A stretch of 63,479 nucleotides of DNA from positions 14,917,568-14,981,046 of the forward strand of contig NC_068993.1 of assembly GCF_001194135.2 (NCBI RefSeq), read 5' to 3'. The stretch comes from Octopus bimaculoides (taxonomy: Eukaryota). A model generated the notes under the pieces. The model did not search any database. It was not told the origin of the DNA and saw nothing but the letters and a program-made list of their open reading frames with translations. The position numbers and the translations under genes were made by a program. How positions within the stretch are numbered: position 1 is the stretch's first letter; every line of letters starts with the position of its first letter. Below are positions 38,211 to 51,715 of this stretch, in pieces.

Positions 38211-38599
38211 GATGAAAGAATAAAAGAGTAAAAGAGATAGAGAAAGGCAGATAGAGAAAGGGATGGAAAGACATAGGACACCAAGGGTTGAAGTGATTTT
38301 TAAAGGGTGGAACCAACTGTTTTACGTCTTAGAAACTAATTGTGATACCTAATAATATCATGATAGTCGTAGTGAAATGAAGAAGTTGAAAAGAACATGA
38401 AATGCTGGGCCTCTTTCGCAGTATGTGTGTGCAGTGCGAATTCAAAATTTATCCGCGCTTTAGAGCCTCGTTTTGGAAAGAACTGAAACGTCTGAATGCA
38501 GGTGAATGATTCAAGAAACCCAACACCTTGCGGTGCATAATGATAGATACTGCAGGCGTCGATAAAACACATGAATAATATTTTTTTTTTTTCAATATG

Positions 38600-38740
38600 T
38601 TAGGGATACGACAGAGGATTTTAGCTGAAAGACAAATAAAATGCATAGACGGATGTAGTACAGTTATCGAGAAAAGAACAGTCACCATCGTAGAAACAAA
38701 GGGAGAATACTCCATTAATAGTCATCCCTTTTGAACATTT
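38600..38740 (+). mobile_element. Possible RTE-type LINE RT remnant
   Basis: RILAERQIKCIDGCSTVIE..IVETKGEYSINSH resembles I.EEQ.GFR.GRST.D....IEK..EYNI..H. Confidence 0.3.
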
Positions 38741-39901
38741 GAACTGTTGTTATCAAAACATTGTCCTGCTGCAGCCACAACTGTCCTTGTATATCTTATA
38801 GAATTCTGCAATAACTCGTTTTAAAATAGTAATTTCTAAATCAATTATTTCATGAAGTTTTCACCAATTACATCTAATGATACAAGTTTATGTACTCTAT
38901 TTCATTTTTTAAAAGATCGTTTTACATTGAAAAGAAAGATATTAAATTTCAAATAACACAAATATTAAGTGCTTTTCGAGTATTACATGTAAACACTAAA
39001 ATTTCATTTCGTGACAGTTTTTCTTGTTTAACTTCCAAAGGAACATCATGAAATATGCAATAATTCGCTAGAAAAGTATATGCAAATGTTTCCCAGCAGC
39101 AGTTTCAGTAAATTGTACCATATATCTTACCTTAAAATCAGCAGTAAACCAAAGAAAATGCGTTATAAATCACTGATTTATTATTTTATTATATTCCTTG
39201 AAATAATTCAAACGGGAAACAAATACTTTTAGACATTTGAAGAGAGAAAAAAATTGATGCAGTTGACACTTCCGAGAGAACCATTTTTATCAGGAATTGT
39301 CCTTCATAACGATTCAGTGTAGCATTCCAACTGCAAAGGTCTCTTTACGAATATAGTACAGATAACTATCAGAAGTTGGAAGCTGAGTGATACTTTGAAT
39401 TAGACGAATGCCACGAGATGCACGGCGTATACATTGTTGCATTTACATATTTATGTGAGCACCGACATGTGAGACACGTACGAGTATGTAGAACAAATTC
39501 CATGACAGAAGGCTCCCGAATCATTGCAACAAGATATTGTTGTTACTACATTAGGAGTATTGATGTTATAGTAGTGTAAATATCACAGGTATCAGGAAAG
39601 CGCGTTTCCTAGTGCTTAGAGTGTTACAAGAACCGTAATAACGTGGTTTTTATTCTGTGACAGGGCAAAGCTTTTCTTAAGTAACATACATCATTTCACG
39701 TAGCTCCAGCTTGATCAGCAATAAAATAACAACACTTCGTTGGACTGGTGCCCTGGACAGGTAGGATGTTACAATTTCGGTCACTTATGCGCCAGAGAAG
39801 CAGGGTAACTGCCCATATGAGATCTGGGACTCTAGACGGTACTTATTGACTTTATGATATTTAAATGTATTTTTTTTTTCATGTTTCATAAAGTATTTAT
39901 C

Positions 39902-40106
39902 AGAATCTATAAGTATCGCATGTTCTCTGCAACGATAAAGTATCCTGGAAATTAACAAGTATTTACAAGCTAACGTAATCCTAATATTGAATTTTTTTAC
40001 CTTGTGTGAAGAATCTATGAGAATTGCATGTTCTCTGCTAGAATAAAGCATCATGGAAATTAACAAGTATTTCTAAGTTAAGATAATCCTGATATTGAAT
40101 TTTTTG
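39902..40106. repeat. Imperfect 108-bp tandem duplication (2 units)
   Basis: AGAATCTAT..GCATGTTCTCTGC..ATAAAG..TGGAAATTAACAAGTATTT..TAATCCT.ATATTGAATTTTTT starts at 39902 and again at 40010. Confidence 0.9.
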
Positions 40107-40675
40107 GTGAATAATACCAATTACCGAAACATAGATGAAACTTTTTTTTCACTATCTTTTATTTCACATTTTATATTAATGTGCACGCAGCTTCGAGTGC
40201 ACTTTTCTTGCACACTTATTAGTTTCAATTTGCTTCGTAGATTTTCTACTACTGTGCAGGTATAACATAGAAACATTATTAAACACCTTTCGGAATATTA
40301 AAACTTATGTCACTTATTGTTTGTATATGTTGTTAAATACCAAAAATGGACTTATTATCTGCGATTTCATTTTCTGTAATAAACTCTGCTTTTTACATTT
40401 TTTCTTTAATTTTGAATATTATGAATGTACTTAGCGACTGATATCATATGATATTGTATGTTGTAACCGAATTAATTTTAATATGGAAGAGACACGGTAA
40501 TTATATTTTTAGAAGATACACATATTGTTATGTTAACTTTGGTATGATTTTTGAACGTATTATGCAATATAAGGAGTAACAGTATAGTAAAATGGTTTGA
40601 TAATTTGTTTCGCAAACAGGAGGTTCTGGCATTGATCCTACTGTATAACATATGAGGCAGATATTGTTAACTATG

Positions 40676-40910
40676 TGGAGACGCAATGGCCCAGCGGTTA
40701 GAGCAGCGGTCTCGCGTTCGGAGGATCGTGGTTTCGATTCCCAGACCAGGCGTTGTGTGTGTTTATTGAGTGAAAACACCTAAAGCTCCACGAGGCTCCG
40801 GCAGGTGGTGGTAGTGACCCCTGTTGTACTCTTTCGCCCCAACTTTCTCTCACTCTTTCTTCCTGTTACTTAGGTAAAGCTGCGACGGACTGGCGTCAGA
40901 TTGTTTTGAC
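40676..40910 (+). mobile_element. tRNA-derived SINE, family D
   Basis: GGAGACGCAATGGCCCAGCGGTTAGAGC (A box), GTTTCGATTCC (B box), distinct body, tail GCTGCGACGGACTGGCGTC. Confidence 0.75.
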
Positions 40911-40911
40911 A

Positions 40912-41065
40912 AGCGTGGCAATGGGTAAGAAGCATGCTTCCCAGCCACATGGATCCGGATTCAGTCCCACTGCGTGGCATCTTGCGCAAGTGTCTTCTAG
41001 TCATAGCCTTGGGCCGACTTAAAGCTTGTGAGTGGATTTGGTAGACTGAAACTGGAAGAAGTACG

Positions 41066-41098
<33 letters not shown>

Positions 41099-41345
41099 TG
41101 TGTGTGTTTGTGTGTGTGTGTCTATATGTATGTATGTATGTATATATGAGTGTCTTTGTGTCGGTGCTTGTCCTTCTATCACCACTTGACAACCGGTTTT
41201 GGTGTGTTTCAATCCCCGTAAACCGATATAAGTACTAGGCTTTAAAAAACTAAGCCCTAGAGTTGATTTGTTCGACTAAGACCCTTCAAAGCGGTGCTTC
41301 ATCATGGCCGCAATCAAATGATTGAATCTAAAAAAAAGAATAAAA
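40912..41345 (+). mobile_element. SINE family B with internal microsatellite
   Basis: GGTAAGAAGCATGCTTCCCAGCCACATGG..TTGCGCAAGTGTCTTC..[TA/TG]..CATGGCCGCAATCAAATGATTGAA. Confidence 0.85.
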
Positions 41346-41347
41346 GA

Positions 41348-41389
<42 letters not shown>

Positions 41390-41529
41390 CTACAAAATAA
41401 ACCAAAAATTATAAACAGTACAGTATAGAATTCCGTGAATCACGGGCTGGTATGGCTCAGTAATATGTTACCTGAATTGGCTAATTGCTTTAGGTGCTAA
41501 TACAGTGCTGATGTGAAATAGTCACAGTT

Positions 41530-41725
41530 TTGGCACCCTTCACTTTTGACTAGCAGAACATCCACAAACTGGGAGATGTAGAATGGAAGGGCTGCAACGG
41601 CAGCCGGTTATTGTTGCATAGTAATACTCAAACTGAAATAGTGCGAAATGAAGTGCTTTGCTCTGGGATACAATACACCAATATGTCCAAGATGTGAAAC
41701 AATCAACGCATGAACCAAATCTGCT
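41530..41725 (-). mobile_element. SINE family A-like, diverged
   Basis: AAACTGAAATAGTGCGAAATGAAGTGCTTTGCTCTGGGATACAA..ATCCCTTCACTAAAC is the reverse complement of the family A head/centre. Confidence 0.5.
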
Positions 41726-42081
41726 AATCCCTTCACTAAACACCTTCACAAAACAAAAATTGATACAATGATATATTTCTGTGTTGAAATGATTGATTTT
41801 AAATTTTATTGGTGTTTTTTTCCGATAGGGTCTCCATCAGTAAATATAAATAATCTACACAGACCATGGCAAGATTTTTATTTAAATTAGCTATTTCCAA
41901 AGCATGCAATCCTCCCTCTTCATACCACCGATGTACATCTAAAGTTAAGAATAATATGATACCCTATAGTTTGGCACTAGTGCCGTCTCGGAAGCTGTTG
42001 TCCGAATGTAAAAACCCAAGTGGGGTACTATACGACTTGCCCTACCCTTTAAGTTCCGCCAAACCAACTTCCGCAATTATC

Positions 42082-42124
<43 letters not shown>

Positions 42125-42134
42125 TTTCGTCACA

Positions 42135-42230
42135 TCCAAAATGATGGAAAGGTGAGGTGATCGACGTAAGATTTGAACTCAGAACACAGAGAGTCGGAAG
42201 ACGCATTTTATCTACCATCACTAACAACTA
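42135..42230 (-). mobile_element. SINE family C fragment
   Basis: AAATGATGGAAAGG..ATCGACG..GATTTGAACTCAGAAC. Confidence 0.55.
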
Positions 42231-43799
42231 CGCTTGTTTGTGACTTTCACTTTTGAAAATTTATTCAATTTCACTATCTTCTTTGTTTATGAGAATAATT
42301 TCCTTCCACGTGATTTCGTGATTTCTATTCATTCTCAAAATATATTCTGCCGATTCTGAAGATAATAGATCAGTGCACTTTATGGAATATAATGAATTAA
42401 ACTTAGAAATTCATAAATCTCTTGTGATAGACTTCTGAGAAGTACAAGGCTATTCGAACTGCAGATTACGAACGGCATAATGAAAAAATAAAGTTATGTC
42501 TAAACATACATAATTTGAATGATCTAAATAATTGATATATAATTATATTAATTAGAATATATACTTATAAAATTAATCTCTGTGTCGTATCAGCGTAGGA
42601 AGGCATTTCATTTGTCTTTTGCAAACATATAGTTGAATTTGAGTATCAGAGATGAATTTAATAATCGATAGCAACAGTAATTGCATATATTTTATAGTAA
42701 AAAAAAAAGTGACAAAAATGTTGTAAAAAATAGCAATTATTTCATACAATAATAAAAATTTATTATTTACTGTAATTCCCCGGACTAGTCTCAATGAAGA
42801 GATGAAAGACAAAGCCTGTCCCGAAGGACCTGAATCTTCGTGGCTCTATCGATTCTGTCATCCATAAACTATATCGAAAAACATGAGCGGTTTTTAATGA
42901 TGCGAAACAATGTAAGCAACTCTTCTGTTTCACTTTGTCTATGTGTGTGCGTGTGTATTTATTTGTGCCTATGTGCGTGCGTGTGTGTGTGTGTGTGTGT
43001 ACGTGTGTGTGTGTGTGTGTGTGTGTGTGTTTATGTATGTGTGCGTGAGAATTCACTCATTTCCAAGTTTTAGTTGACAGCAGTATTACCAACGTTAAAA
43101 AGATTACAACTAAAGTACTAATAGAACATGAAGAACAATGATGTTGAAATGAACCACTATGAGGTCAAGCATGTTTAATAAGGACGCATTCGATTATATG
43201 CATACATATAATACATGTTGTTGCTACTGTTGTTGTTATTGTCATTCTTTTCTGTAGTTGAACGTGTTATGAAAGTTCCATAAGTTCGTGTCTTACTTTC
43301 CTTTCCAGTGTTGTATTTACTGATTTTATGGATTTATCGTTTTATGAAGCTGGCCGGCCACTCTAAGGTCTAGTCAGCCTCTTTTAATTCTTTCCCCAAG
43401 GAGAAAAATAGGCAAAGAAAAATTTTTTTACATCAAAGGAAAAATTTTCACGGTTGGCCACAGTGTGCTTTAGGCTCGGCGGGTGATTTTGAAGGTGGAA
43501 GTATAGTTTGAAGTCAACCACACAAACCACAAAGATAAAACGGAGCAACAAAAGTAGCAACAACAACAACAACAAAAATATAACTGTAGATGAAATAACA
43601 GTAACTCCAACAAAAACAAGAACAGCAGCAGTGGCGACGCAGTGTGAAATGGAGCAGCAACACTAATAAAAACGATGTATGAAGTGAAGCAGTAGCAGCA
43701 GAAAAACCGTAGCCATTGCCAGCAATAGAAAATAATTTATTTGCAACAATGTACGAACGAAATATAGAAGCGGCAATGGTTCAACTCCCGCCAACACCA

Positions 43800-45050
43800 T
43801 TATTAAGCAATTATATTTGCAGCCACAGAAGATTTAGCCACAGTGGGACCACGTCATTTCCTGGTATTTCAAAATCATTTGATTTAGTCATGCAGGAAAG
43901 GAAATGAAAATATCACAATATGGAAGAAACAGAACGACAAACAGCAAACTAGGTTGGAAGGGTTTCAATCACGATAACATAGGATATCTTACAGCGAAGA
44001 GATTGAAGATCCCTAGTATACAGATGCTGACCATTGAAGTGAGTCTCTGATATGGTTGTATATGAGTGAATTTTCAATTGGAAACCCTGGCTTAGAAGCA
44101 TTGTACTATTCAACGTAGACCTGAGGAAATTACGCTGCAGTCAATTTACTCAGAAAGAGGAAAGATCAAGTAAACTTAAGAACACACAACCAGAACTAAC
44201 TGTTGATCGATTGCAAATTGTGTTGTAATGGATGACACCAGAACGCTGCATGAAGAAAAGAGGATTGATTCGTGGTGAGAGATCTTTATTTAGGTGAAAC
44301 TTGTGATACTGGACAGTATTCCAGCCCTAATAAATAACACTAAAAAGTCATTAACTGCACAGGGTTGTGGAGGATAAAAGACGTTACAATTGTTTCAACA
44401 CCTATCACTTAAGGCCTTCTATCCTGAAAGCCACTCACTTTCCCATTCTTTCCTAAATGGCGTGGAGTGTGAATGCACATGATTTGAGGTTGCTTTGGAA
44501 ATAAAGCCACATAACAGCTTCAAGTCATTAGACATAGGTATGGTGACCATCAGCTAGATTAGAATTGACGACCTTCAAGCGTGTGCACTCATCATCGGAG
44601 AATATATATACTTCTCTAGAAGTCAGCTATGATCCGAGAGCAGAGACAAAGCATTTCTTCGGATTATCTTCCTCGACACTAAGTGTAAGTAAGTGGTGCT
44701 TAACGTAAACAACATTGATGTCCATACATTCAGTCAAGTAAACGAAAATACTCCACAAGGGGTATATATTTGCAGCTCCACCAAATGTGGGGCAGCAGAT
44801 AATTGTAGATGTGCAGAGTTCTTCCTCTGAACATTCTGCTGCTTAGAGCCAGTGGGAAATTGGAACAGTGCCTTGGGCGCAACATGAGACTGTAGGAGGA
44901 GAGCCGGTGGGAAAGAGGTTTTACAACTGTCTGGCAGGCACCGACTTGGTTTCCCTAATATGCAAATGTGGACACGGAGGAAACGCAGCGATTCCTGTTT
45001 GATCTAGAGGCTACAGTGATGTTATAAATATATTCTTTCTACAATGACTA
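43800..45050 (+). mobile_element. Heavily decayed CR1-group LINE, RT and C-terminus
   Basis: Motifs in the expected order: FPGISKSFDLV (43857, cf. FLDISKAFD.V), GV..W/KPH, HQMWGS, WNS (44861), CKCGH.EETQRFLFD (44961, cf. CxCG..EET..HFLFxC). Confidence 0.5.
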
Positions 45051-45159
45051 TGGTGCGGTGGGGGTGATGGACAAAAGGAGAAATTCAGATATTTTAACGC
45101 TATCAGCAAGTGAGTACATTTTGCCTTGGTTCTACTTCTATTATTACTGGTACCATTTC

Positions 45160-45375
45160 TTATAGCTGGTTTAGTAGTAGGTTGTTCCATGACAGCTACT
45201 ACAACTTGCTACAGCAGGGCTGGCATCTGTAGCACCTTCACAATGATCTTCAAGACATCCCATTTTGCTGATAGGTTGTCAAAGATAGAAGTGGCAGAGC
45301 CAACTGGAAAGTTCTGGTTTGATTTGACAAAAAAAATCTTCCCTTTGCATAATGTGGCCCCGAGGGACGACTGAC
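45160..45375 (+). mobile_element. CR1-group LINE EN-RT linker fragment
   Basis: SWFSS/CSMTA..KTSHFADRLSKI..PTGKFWFDLTKKI resembles PWF..SC..A...AK..H....KL..P.G..FW.L.K. Confidence 0.4.
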
Positions 45376-45491
45376 ATGGAATAATATCAATAATGGAACC
45401 AACTAGTCCCAACAAACCTGATGAGCGTAGGAAGATAAAACAATAAGCGTTATATTTATGCCCTTATTATTCCAACAGTTCAAATTTTCTA

Positions 45492-45515
45492 GCAACAGCA
45501 ACAGCAACAGCAGAT

Positions 45516-45561
<46 letters not shown>

Positions 45562-45577
45562 CATCAGCAGCAGTAGC

Positions 45578-45624
<47 letters not shown>

Positions 45625-45860
45625 CAGCAGCAGCTAGAGCATCAGTAGTAGTAGTAGTAGTAGTTGTTGTTATTGTAGTAGTTTTGGTGGTGGTGGTGGT
45701 GGTGGTGACAACGACACTGCCGCTGCTACTGCAGCAGCTGATGATAATGATGATGATAATGACANNNNNNNNNNACTGCAGCAGCTGATGATAATGATGA
45801 TGATAATGACAATGATAAAGACCACAACGACAGCGCTGCTGTTGTTGCTGGTGCTGCTGC
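45492..45860. repeat. Compound (TAG)/(CAG)/(GTG)/(GAT) trinucleotide region
   Basis: Direct inspection; contains a 9-N gap. Confidence 0.9.
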
Positions 45861-47280
45861 TTCTGAGGATGATATGAGGGTATTTTCTTGTATTTAAATC
45901 ACAATATTTCATAATAAAATACAGTTAAGTGGGGAAATATATAAAGTTTTCTAAATAGTTTTCTAAATATTTTACTCCTTCTAAAAGTAACTATTATTAA
46001 TATGATTAAGATAACTAAAAAAAAAAAAAAAAACATCACATCACTAGAAATAGGACCATACAAACAAACAAACAACATTATAGCGAGATACACACCCTTC
46101 ACTAATTAGCAAATTCAAACGATAATAAAAAAAATAATAATGGCGTATCATTTAACATCATGTGTTTCTGTTCAGAGATGCTTGAGTTTTATTTTGATCC
46201 ACAAGTTAGTTTTGCTTTCCATGCCCTTTATTATTGTCCTCCACGTCAGCATCGTCATCATCGTCATCACTACGGCCGTCGATGGCTTCATAGTCTTTAT
46301 AATTGTATCTTCTTTTATTTTTATTTTCTTTCTCTTAACATTGCATCTTCTTTTTTTTTTCTTCTATTCCTCTCCTTCAAACTATTTTTTATTCGCTTCT
46401 TCCCACTTCTTTGGCTTTTATTCATTATTATTATTATTATTATTAGAGAAAAGTTGAACTGTTGGAATAATAAGGGTGGATCAACAATTTCAATTAATTT
46501 TATTAGTAAAGCCTTACCGTGTCATTAGTTCTTTAACGAGTTGCTTAGATGTAGTGGCCATGGGCGAACACATCAAAGCAATTAGCACTGTAATATTTTC
46601 CCTTTAAAAGTCATTAGCAATATTTTATTGCATTATCTCTTGCTATTTAATAAAGTTAGAACCTGTTTACGCAAACTTACACGCATACTCATAATTGCGG
46701 AAGCACACTTTCAAGACAAAAAAAAATCTAAACAAAAGCAAACGCCATGTTTTTGAATTTGCTGATACATAAGTCACCATGGAATCTGCACTAAGTTTGT
46801 CTGTCTAACATGATAATAATGATAATAATAATTCACTATCTAAATATGCATGTGCATATACATCTATATTGTGCGTGGTTCTTATATGCAAATTCATATA
46901 TATATNNNNNNNNNNNNNNNNNNNNNNNNNNNNNNNNNNNNNNNNNNNNNNNNNNNNNNNNNNNNNNNNNNNNNNNNNNNNNNNNNNNNNNNNNNNNNNN
47001 NNNNNNNNNNNNNNNNNNNNNNNNNNNNNNNNNNNNNNNNNNNNNNNNNNNNNNNNNNNNNNNNNNNNNNNNNNNNNNNNNNNNNNNNNNNNNNNNNNNN
47101 NNNNNNNNNNNNNNNNNNNNNNNNNNNNNNNNNNNNNNNNNNNNNNNNNNNNNNNNNNNNNNNNNNNNNNNNNNNNNNNNNNNNNNNNNNNNNNNNNNNN
47201 NNNNNNNNNNNNNNNNNNNNNNNNNNNNNNACATACTTGTATTTATGTTTATACTTATATGTACACATTCTTATATATAC

Positions 47281-47344
<64 letters not shown>

Positions 47345-48269
47345 CGCACACAGACACACACATGCACACACACAGAAACACAAAGACAGAAGGAAATAGG
47401 GAGAACTAGATATATCTTGTCGGCGAATATATTTTGAATCTTCATAGTAGAAAATTCATTTGAATATTCTGCGATATATTTATTATATAACGTTCTTGAT
47501 TTGTAATATAATACTTCTCCCAGTCATAGATCGTAGACGTAACTTAATTTATGAGAAATTAGGTTTCGTGTGACATTTGTTATGCAAAATATCTATCAAG
47601 TTGACTATTGTTTTATTATAGCAATTATTGATAGTTTAATCATACTGGTGCTTTGACGATTCCATTAAATCGCCATTTCTCTTCCATGATAACAGATATT
47701 CTCTGGAGTTAACATTCTGCGAAAAGCACGTCCATGGGTTCCTCGTGTTCCCACAACCTGCCATTTATGTTATTCTGTATATCAGTGCCTGATATTTAAA
47801 GTTAGGATTCACTCAACGATTTGGATTTATTCATTACATTTACTGATTGAGTATGTTGATACGAGTCGCTGTTGTGCTCGGCTTCATAGTCTTCCAATTG
47901 ATTTAGAAGTGTTTTTTTTTTGTTGTCTTTTAGGTTGACTATTATTGTGTATATTTATGTCGACCATTCGATATTAAGGACTGATATATCGTGAGTATGT
48001 GTGTGCCTTTGTGTGCCTTCGTGTGTGTCTTTGTGTGTGTGCTTTTGCGTTTGTCTGCCACAGCTTATCAACCGGTGTTGAATTGTTTACGTGTTCGTAA
48101 TTAGATGTTCGGCAAAAATAATTTTTTGGGGTCCATTCATTCGAATCAACCTTTCAAGCCCCAGTTGGCAGCTGTCTAATGAGTGAAACACGTAAAACAT
48201 TAAAGGCAAAGAATCAAAGATTTTTGGATGAAAAGTATTTTTGCTTAGATTTTAGCAACAAAATGATTA

Positions 48270-48362
48270 AAAAGTTGATCGCGGCGAAATTTGAACTCAG
48301 TTCCAATACACACCATAAGCCATTTTGTGCAACGCTTTCACGATTCTACCGGTTCACCGCTT
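48270..48362 (-). mobile_element. SINE family C 5' fragment
   Basis: AAAGTTGATCGCGGCGAAATTTGAACTCAG..ACGATTCTACCGGTTCACCGC. Confidence 0.55.
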
Positions 48363-49141
48363 TCAGTTATATTAGGGCCATAATTAAAATGAAATTGCTT
48401 CGATCTCACTTCCAAATCTACAAATTGCATTCTACATTTCCTTACCTTATCTCTTACCTGCCATATTTTATGGTGAGGATTGTAAAACATCGTTTTCTTA
48501 TCGAAACTAATTACTAGTATATTCGATAGAAAAATACCAAGATGGCGTAGTTCATTGAAACGATTCACTCTTAGGACGAATTCAAATCTTCATGTCCTTG
48601 GAAGAAGGAAATGTTATTTAGAAGCTTGCAGGAGTTGAATATTAAAAAGTAAATGATGAAACTGAGCAGTTATCTGTTACTTTGTGTTCGACGTGCTAAC
48701 TTTTATTGAAGTTAATTATAATAACAGCATGGGTTTATAAAGCTATTAATATTTTGCAAGGAACTTCTACGTTACATTGCTTCACGACTTGTAATATCAA
48801 GTTAAGCTCATTTATTATTGCTTTCAATTTGATTTTTGTTTTATTGAAAATTTTAGTTAATTTATGCTATTTAATTTTCCATCTCTCAGCTGTATTGATG
48901 GCACAAAAACGTTGATTCTGATAGCGTTTGAAGTTGGAATGGCAAAAGATGTAATTGCTTTAAATTCTGCTATGCTAACCATTGAGATATGATGGCAAGC
49001 ATGGACGTACAAATGTGATAAAAAAAAGTACTAACTTTGCTGTTCATGTTTCTACCCATTGCTTAACTTATCTTTCACTAAACAATGTATTTACATTTTG
49101 GACAGAAGGCCGACGGTGTTAGTGGAGGAAGTAAGACGATT

Positions 49142-49295
49142 ACAAATACCCCGCTGTACAATTGTCACTCAATCCATCGACTTAAGAAGGATGAAAAGTA
49201 GACACCGGCGAAATTTGAACACAGCGCTTAATGAGTTGTAATAAATACCATAAGTCATTTTATTCAACGCTTTCACGATGCGGCCAGTCCATCGC
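49142..49295 (-). mobile_element. SINE family C fragment
   Basis: ATCGACTTAAGAAGGATGAAAAG..CCGGCGAAATTTGAACACAG..ACGATGCGGCCAGTCCATCGC. Confidence 0.55.
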
Positions 49296-49414
49296 ATTCG
49301 ATTGTACTAATTAGCATATCGCCGCGATATAATGTTACTTTGAAACCTACTAGAAAACATATAATAACAATATAATGAAAACCTGACATATATTTGAGGT
49401 TATTCAGCTTTGTT

Positions 49415-49690
49415 CTTTCGATTCCTGGCGTCGCGTTGTAACCTTGGTCAAGGCACTTAATTTCACGTTGCTCCGGTCCTTTCAGTTGATAAAAATGTGT
49501 AGTAACTGTATTTCAAAGGGCCAATCTTTTCACATTCTGTGTAACGCTGAATCTCCCTGAAAACTATGTTAAAGGTACCCGCGTTTGTGGAATGCGTAAC
49601 CTCTTTCAAGTTAATTTCTCTAGCAGGCTGTTCCGTTGATTGGATTAATTGGAATAATCGTCGTCGTAACCGACTGAGTGTCAGTTCATT
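49415..49690 (+). mobile_element. SINE with family A-like centre and a long distinct tail
   Basis: CCTTGGTCAAGGCACTTAATTTCACGTTGCTCCGGTCC..ACGCTGAATCTCCCTGAAAACTATGTTAAAGG..GCAGGCTGTTCCGTTGAT..CGTCGTCGTAACCGAC. Confidence 0.65.
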
Positions 49691-50494
49691 AATCAATAGG
49701 TTTCCAGAATTGTAATGACTGAAAAATAGATTTAACGGCACTTTAGCTGTTGCTGTTGTTGTTATAGCTGTTGCTATTCGTGATGAGGTTTTTCAATTGT
49801 ACCTATTCCATATACAACGTTACACTCAAATTATTCAATTGAGAAAAGCCCGACAAAATCAATCTCATCCTCCGAAAAAATTACCATGCAGTCAATGCCA
49901 CCCACTTTTCTAAGCAAGAATTGGTCTCCTTATTCATCAACGCCATCGTAATTCCTGATATTTTCGCATTAATAAATAACATTGCTGTGATTTATTCAGA
50001 GCATGGCGCATAAAGACCTAAATATCCAGGTAGGTAGTGTAATGGGGATGTCCAAATTTCATGTACTATCCTATGCAACCAATGTCACACCATATAAGAC
50101 AGAACATGATATGTGCATTTCAAATGACATGTACAACATCGATTATCATCTTGATCAACACATTTTAAATGACGTAAATATTAAATTTACTTAAATAATT
50201 AGATGGATCAGAGAAACTTGAACTGTAGCGAAAAAGTGAAAATTGCTGTCGATTACAGGACGTTCCGGACCATCAGCATCCAGAAAAGTTGTGCTGTACC
50301 TATGTTATTATTAATAGTGTATTTCTAGAGTAGAATGTCGACACCCGGATATTCTAGATCATGGCACTCCTAGCTGGGTTATAAGTGTAGTTACGCAATA
50401 TAGCTTTCCATTGGTCTTCTGGTAATAAAAGTGAGAGCTGTGAAGGCAGTATGATTGTCCTGTGCAAGGAAAATTATATAAGTGTATGTGTGCT

Positions 50495-50545
<51 letters not shown>

Positions 50546-51182
50546 CTGTGTGTATGTGTGTGTGTGTGTGTGTCTGTGTGTGTATGTGTGTGTGAAAAGA
50601 TATGTTCTCAGAATCCCGTTGCTGAGAACCTCACTATAACTGGTGTAAATAAAATCTTGAATTCGATCTCAGACTAAATTACATACACTTAATAACTCCG
50701 CATACGTTTTGTTTTTGCTTTAATTTTTTGTTTTTCTTTTTGTTTATTTATCTCTTATTTTTGTAATGGAATTTATTCGTTGAATTCTGAAGAAATTGCA
50801 AATTATGGTTTTCTTGGCGTCTGAATACTAAACAGATTTACAATTCAAATATCAAACACATATTGTGTAGACAGAAATAACATTTAAAGAAGAAACAACT
50901 CAAATAAATAAATAAATAAATAAATAAATAAGTATAGAAATAAATAATGAAAAAGAATTTGTGGTTTATCTATAAAAATATAATGTAAACAACTATAGCT
51001 AGCAATGACAAGATAAATAAATTATGAAATATACTAATCAATACTTACTTTGTATGATGAAAATAGATTTTCAAAACCAGGTAGGAATTAAAGCTACCAA
51101 TAAAATAGTTGTGCACTATTTAGTCTTCAGAAAAATTAAGACAACTGATCACAATTTATAACAAACCGATGTTACCCTATAT

Positions 51183-51398
51183 CAGTGGTTCTCGGCAATG
51201 TTTGGCCTGTGGACAATTTGCTACTTATTTGTCTCGAAGGACCTCATAGACAATCAATATTTAAAAACTTTATTTTCTACGCTTAAATGTTAATAGGAAC
51301 TATATAAAAAATTGGAGATGTATAACCTATTTTATTGCACATGAATTTTAACGGCAATGTCTTATATGGACCTCCAAGACTCATATGGGCCACCACTG
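51183..51398. mobile_element. hAT-type MITE (216 bp)
   Basis: Ends CAGTGGT..ACCACTG; flanking 8-mers CCCTATAT and CCGTAAAC match 5/8, consistent with a decayed 8-bp TSD. Confidence 0.55.
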
Positions 51399-51715
51399 CC
51401 GTAAACTGAAAGGCCACACCAGAAAGGCACAACCCTGTTTTAAATTTATTTATTGTAAATCTAAAATTTCAGAGTAGTTAACTCCAACAATCTTCAATGT
51501 CGGATTTCTGGAGCTTACTTTGCCGTCAGGCTCTTATCCAGAATCTTTATTGCGAAATCATAAAGAGATTTGTAAGAGGTATTTGATGTTAATGTTTTCT
51601 TACAACTTGGTTTGATAATTTTGTCTTAAATGTGTCTCTTCATAACAGTATTCCAATCTAGAGCTGCAAATCAGAGACTTACAATATGCTGTCTTTGAAT
51701 ATTACCTCTGCTGAT

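Noticed and set aside
45209-45424. Minus-strand exon candidate (good acceptor, GLLGLVGSIIDII..)
   Set aside because: No good donor, and the plus strand is better explained as a CR1-type linker remnant
45728-45811. Short direct repeat around the 9-N gap
   Set aside because: Identical sequence on both sides of a gap; assembly artefact
47640-47900. LINE remnants suggested by RLWEHEEPMDVLFAEC (-) here and SLICSSRLEYC (-) at 51460-51700
   Set aside because: Single weak motifs without supporting context
50256-50288. Further hammerhead-like remnants (also 42885-42915, 45418-45445, 48537-48565)
   Set aside because: Only one half of the core or no consistent stems; indistinguishable from chance by eye
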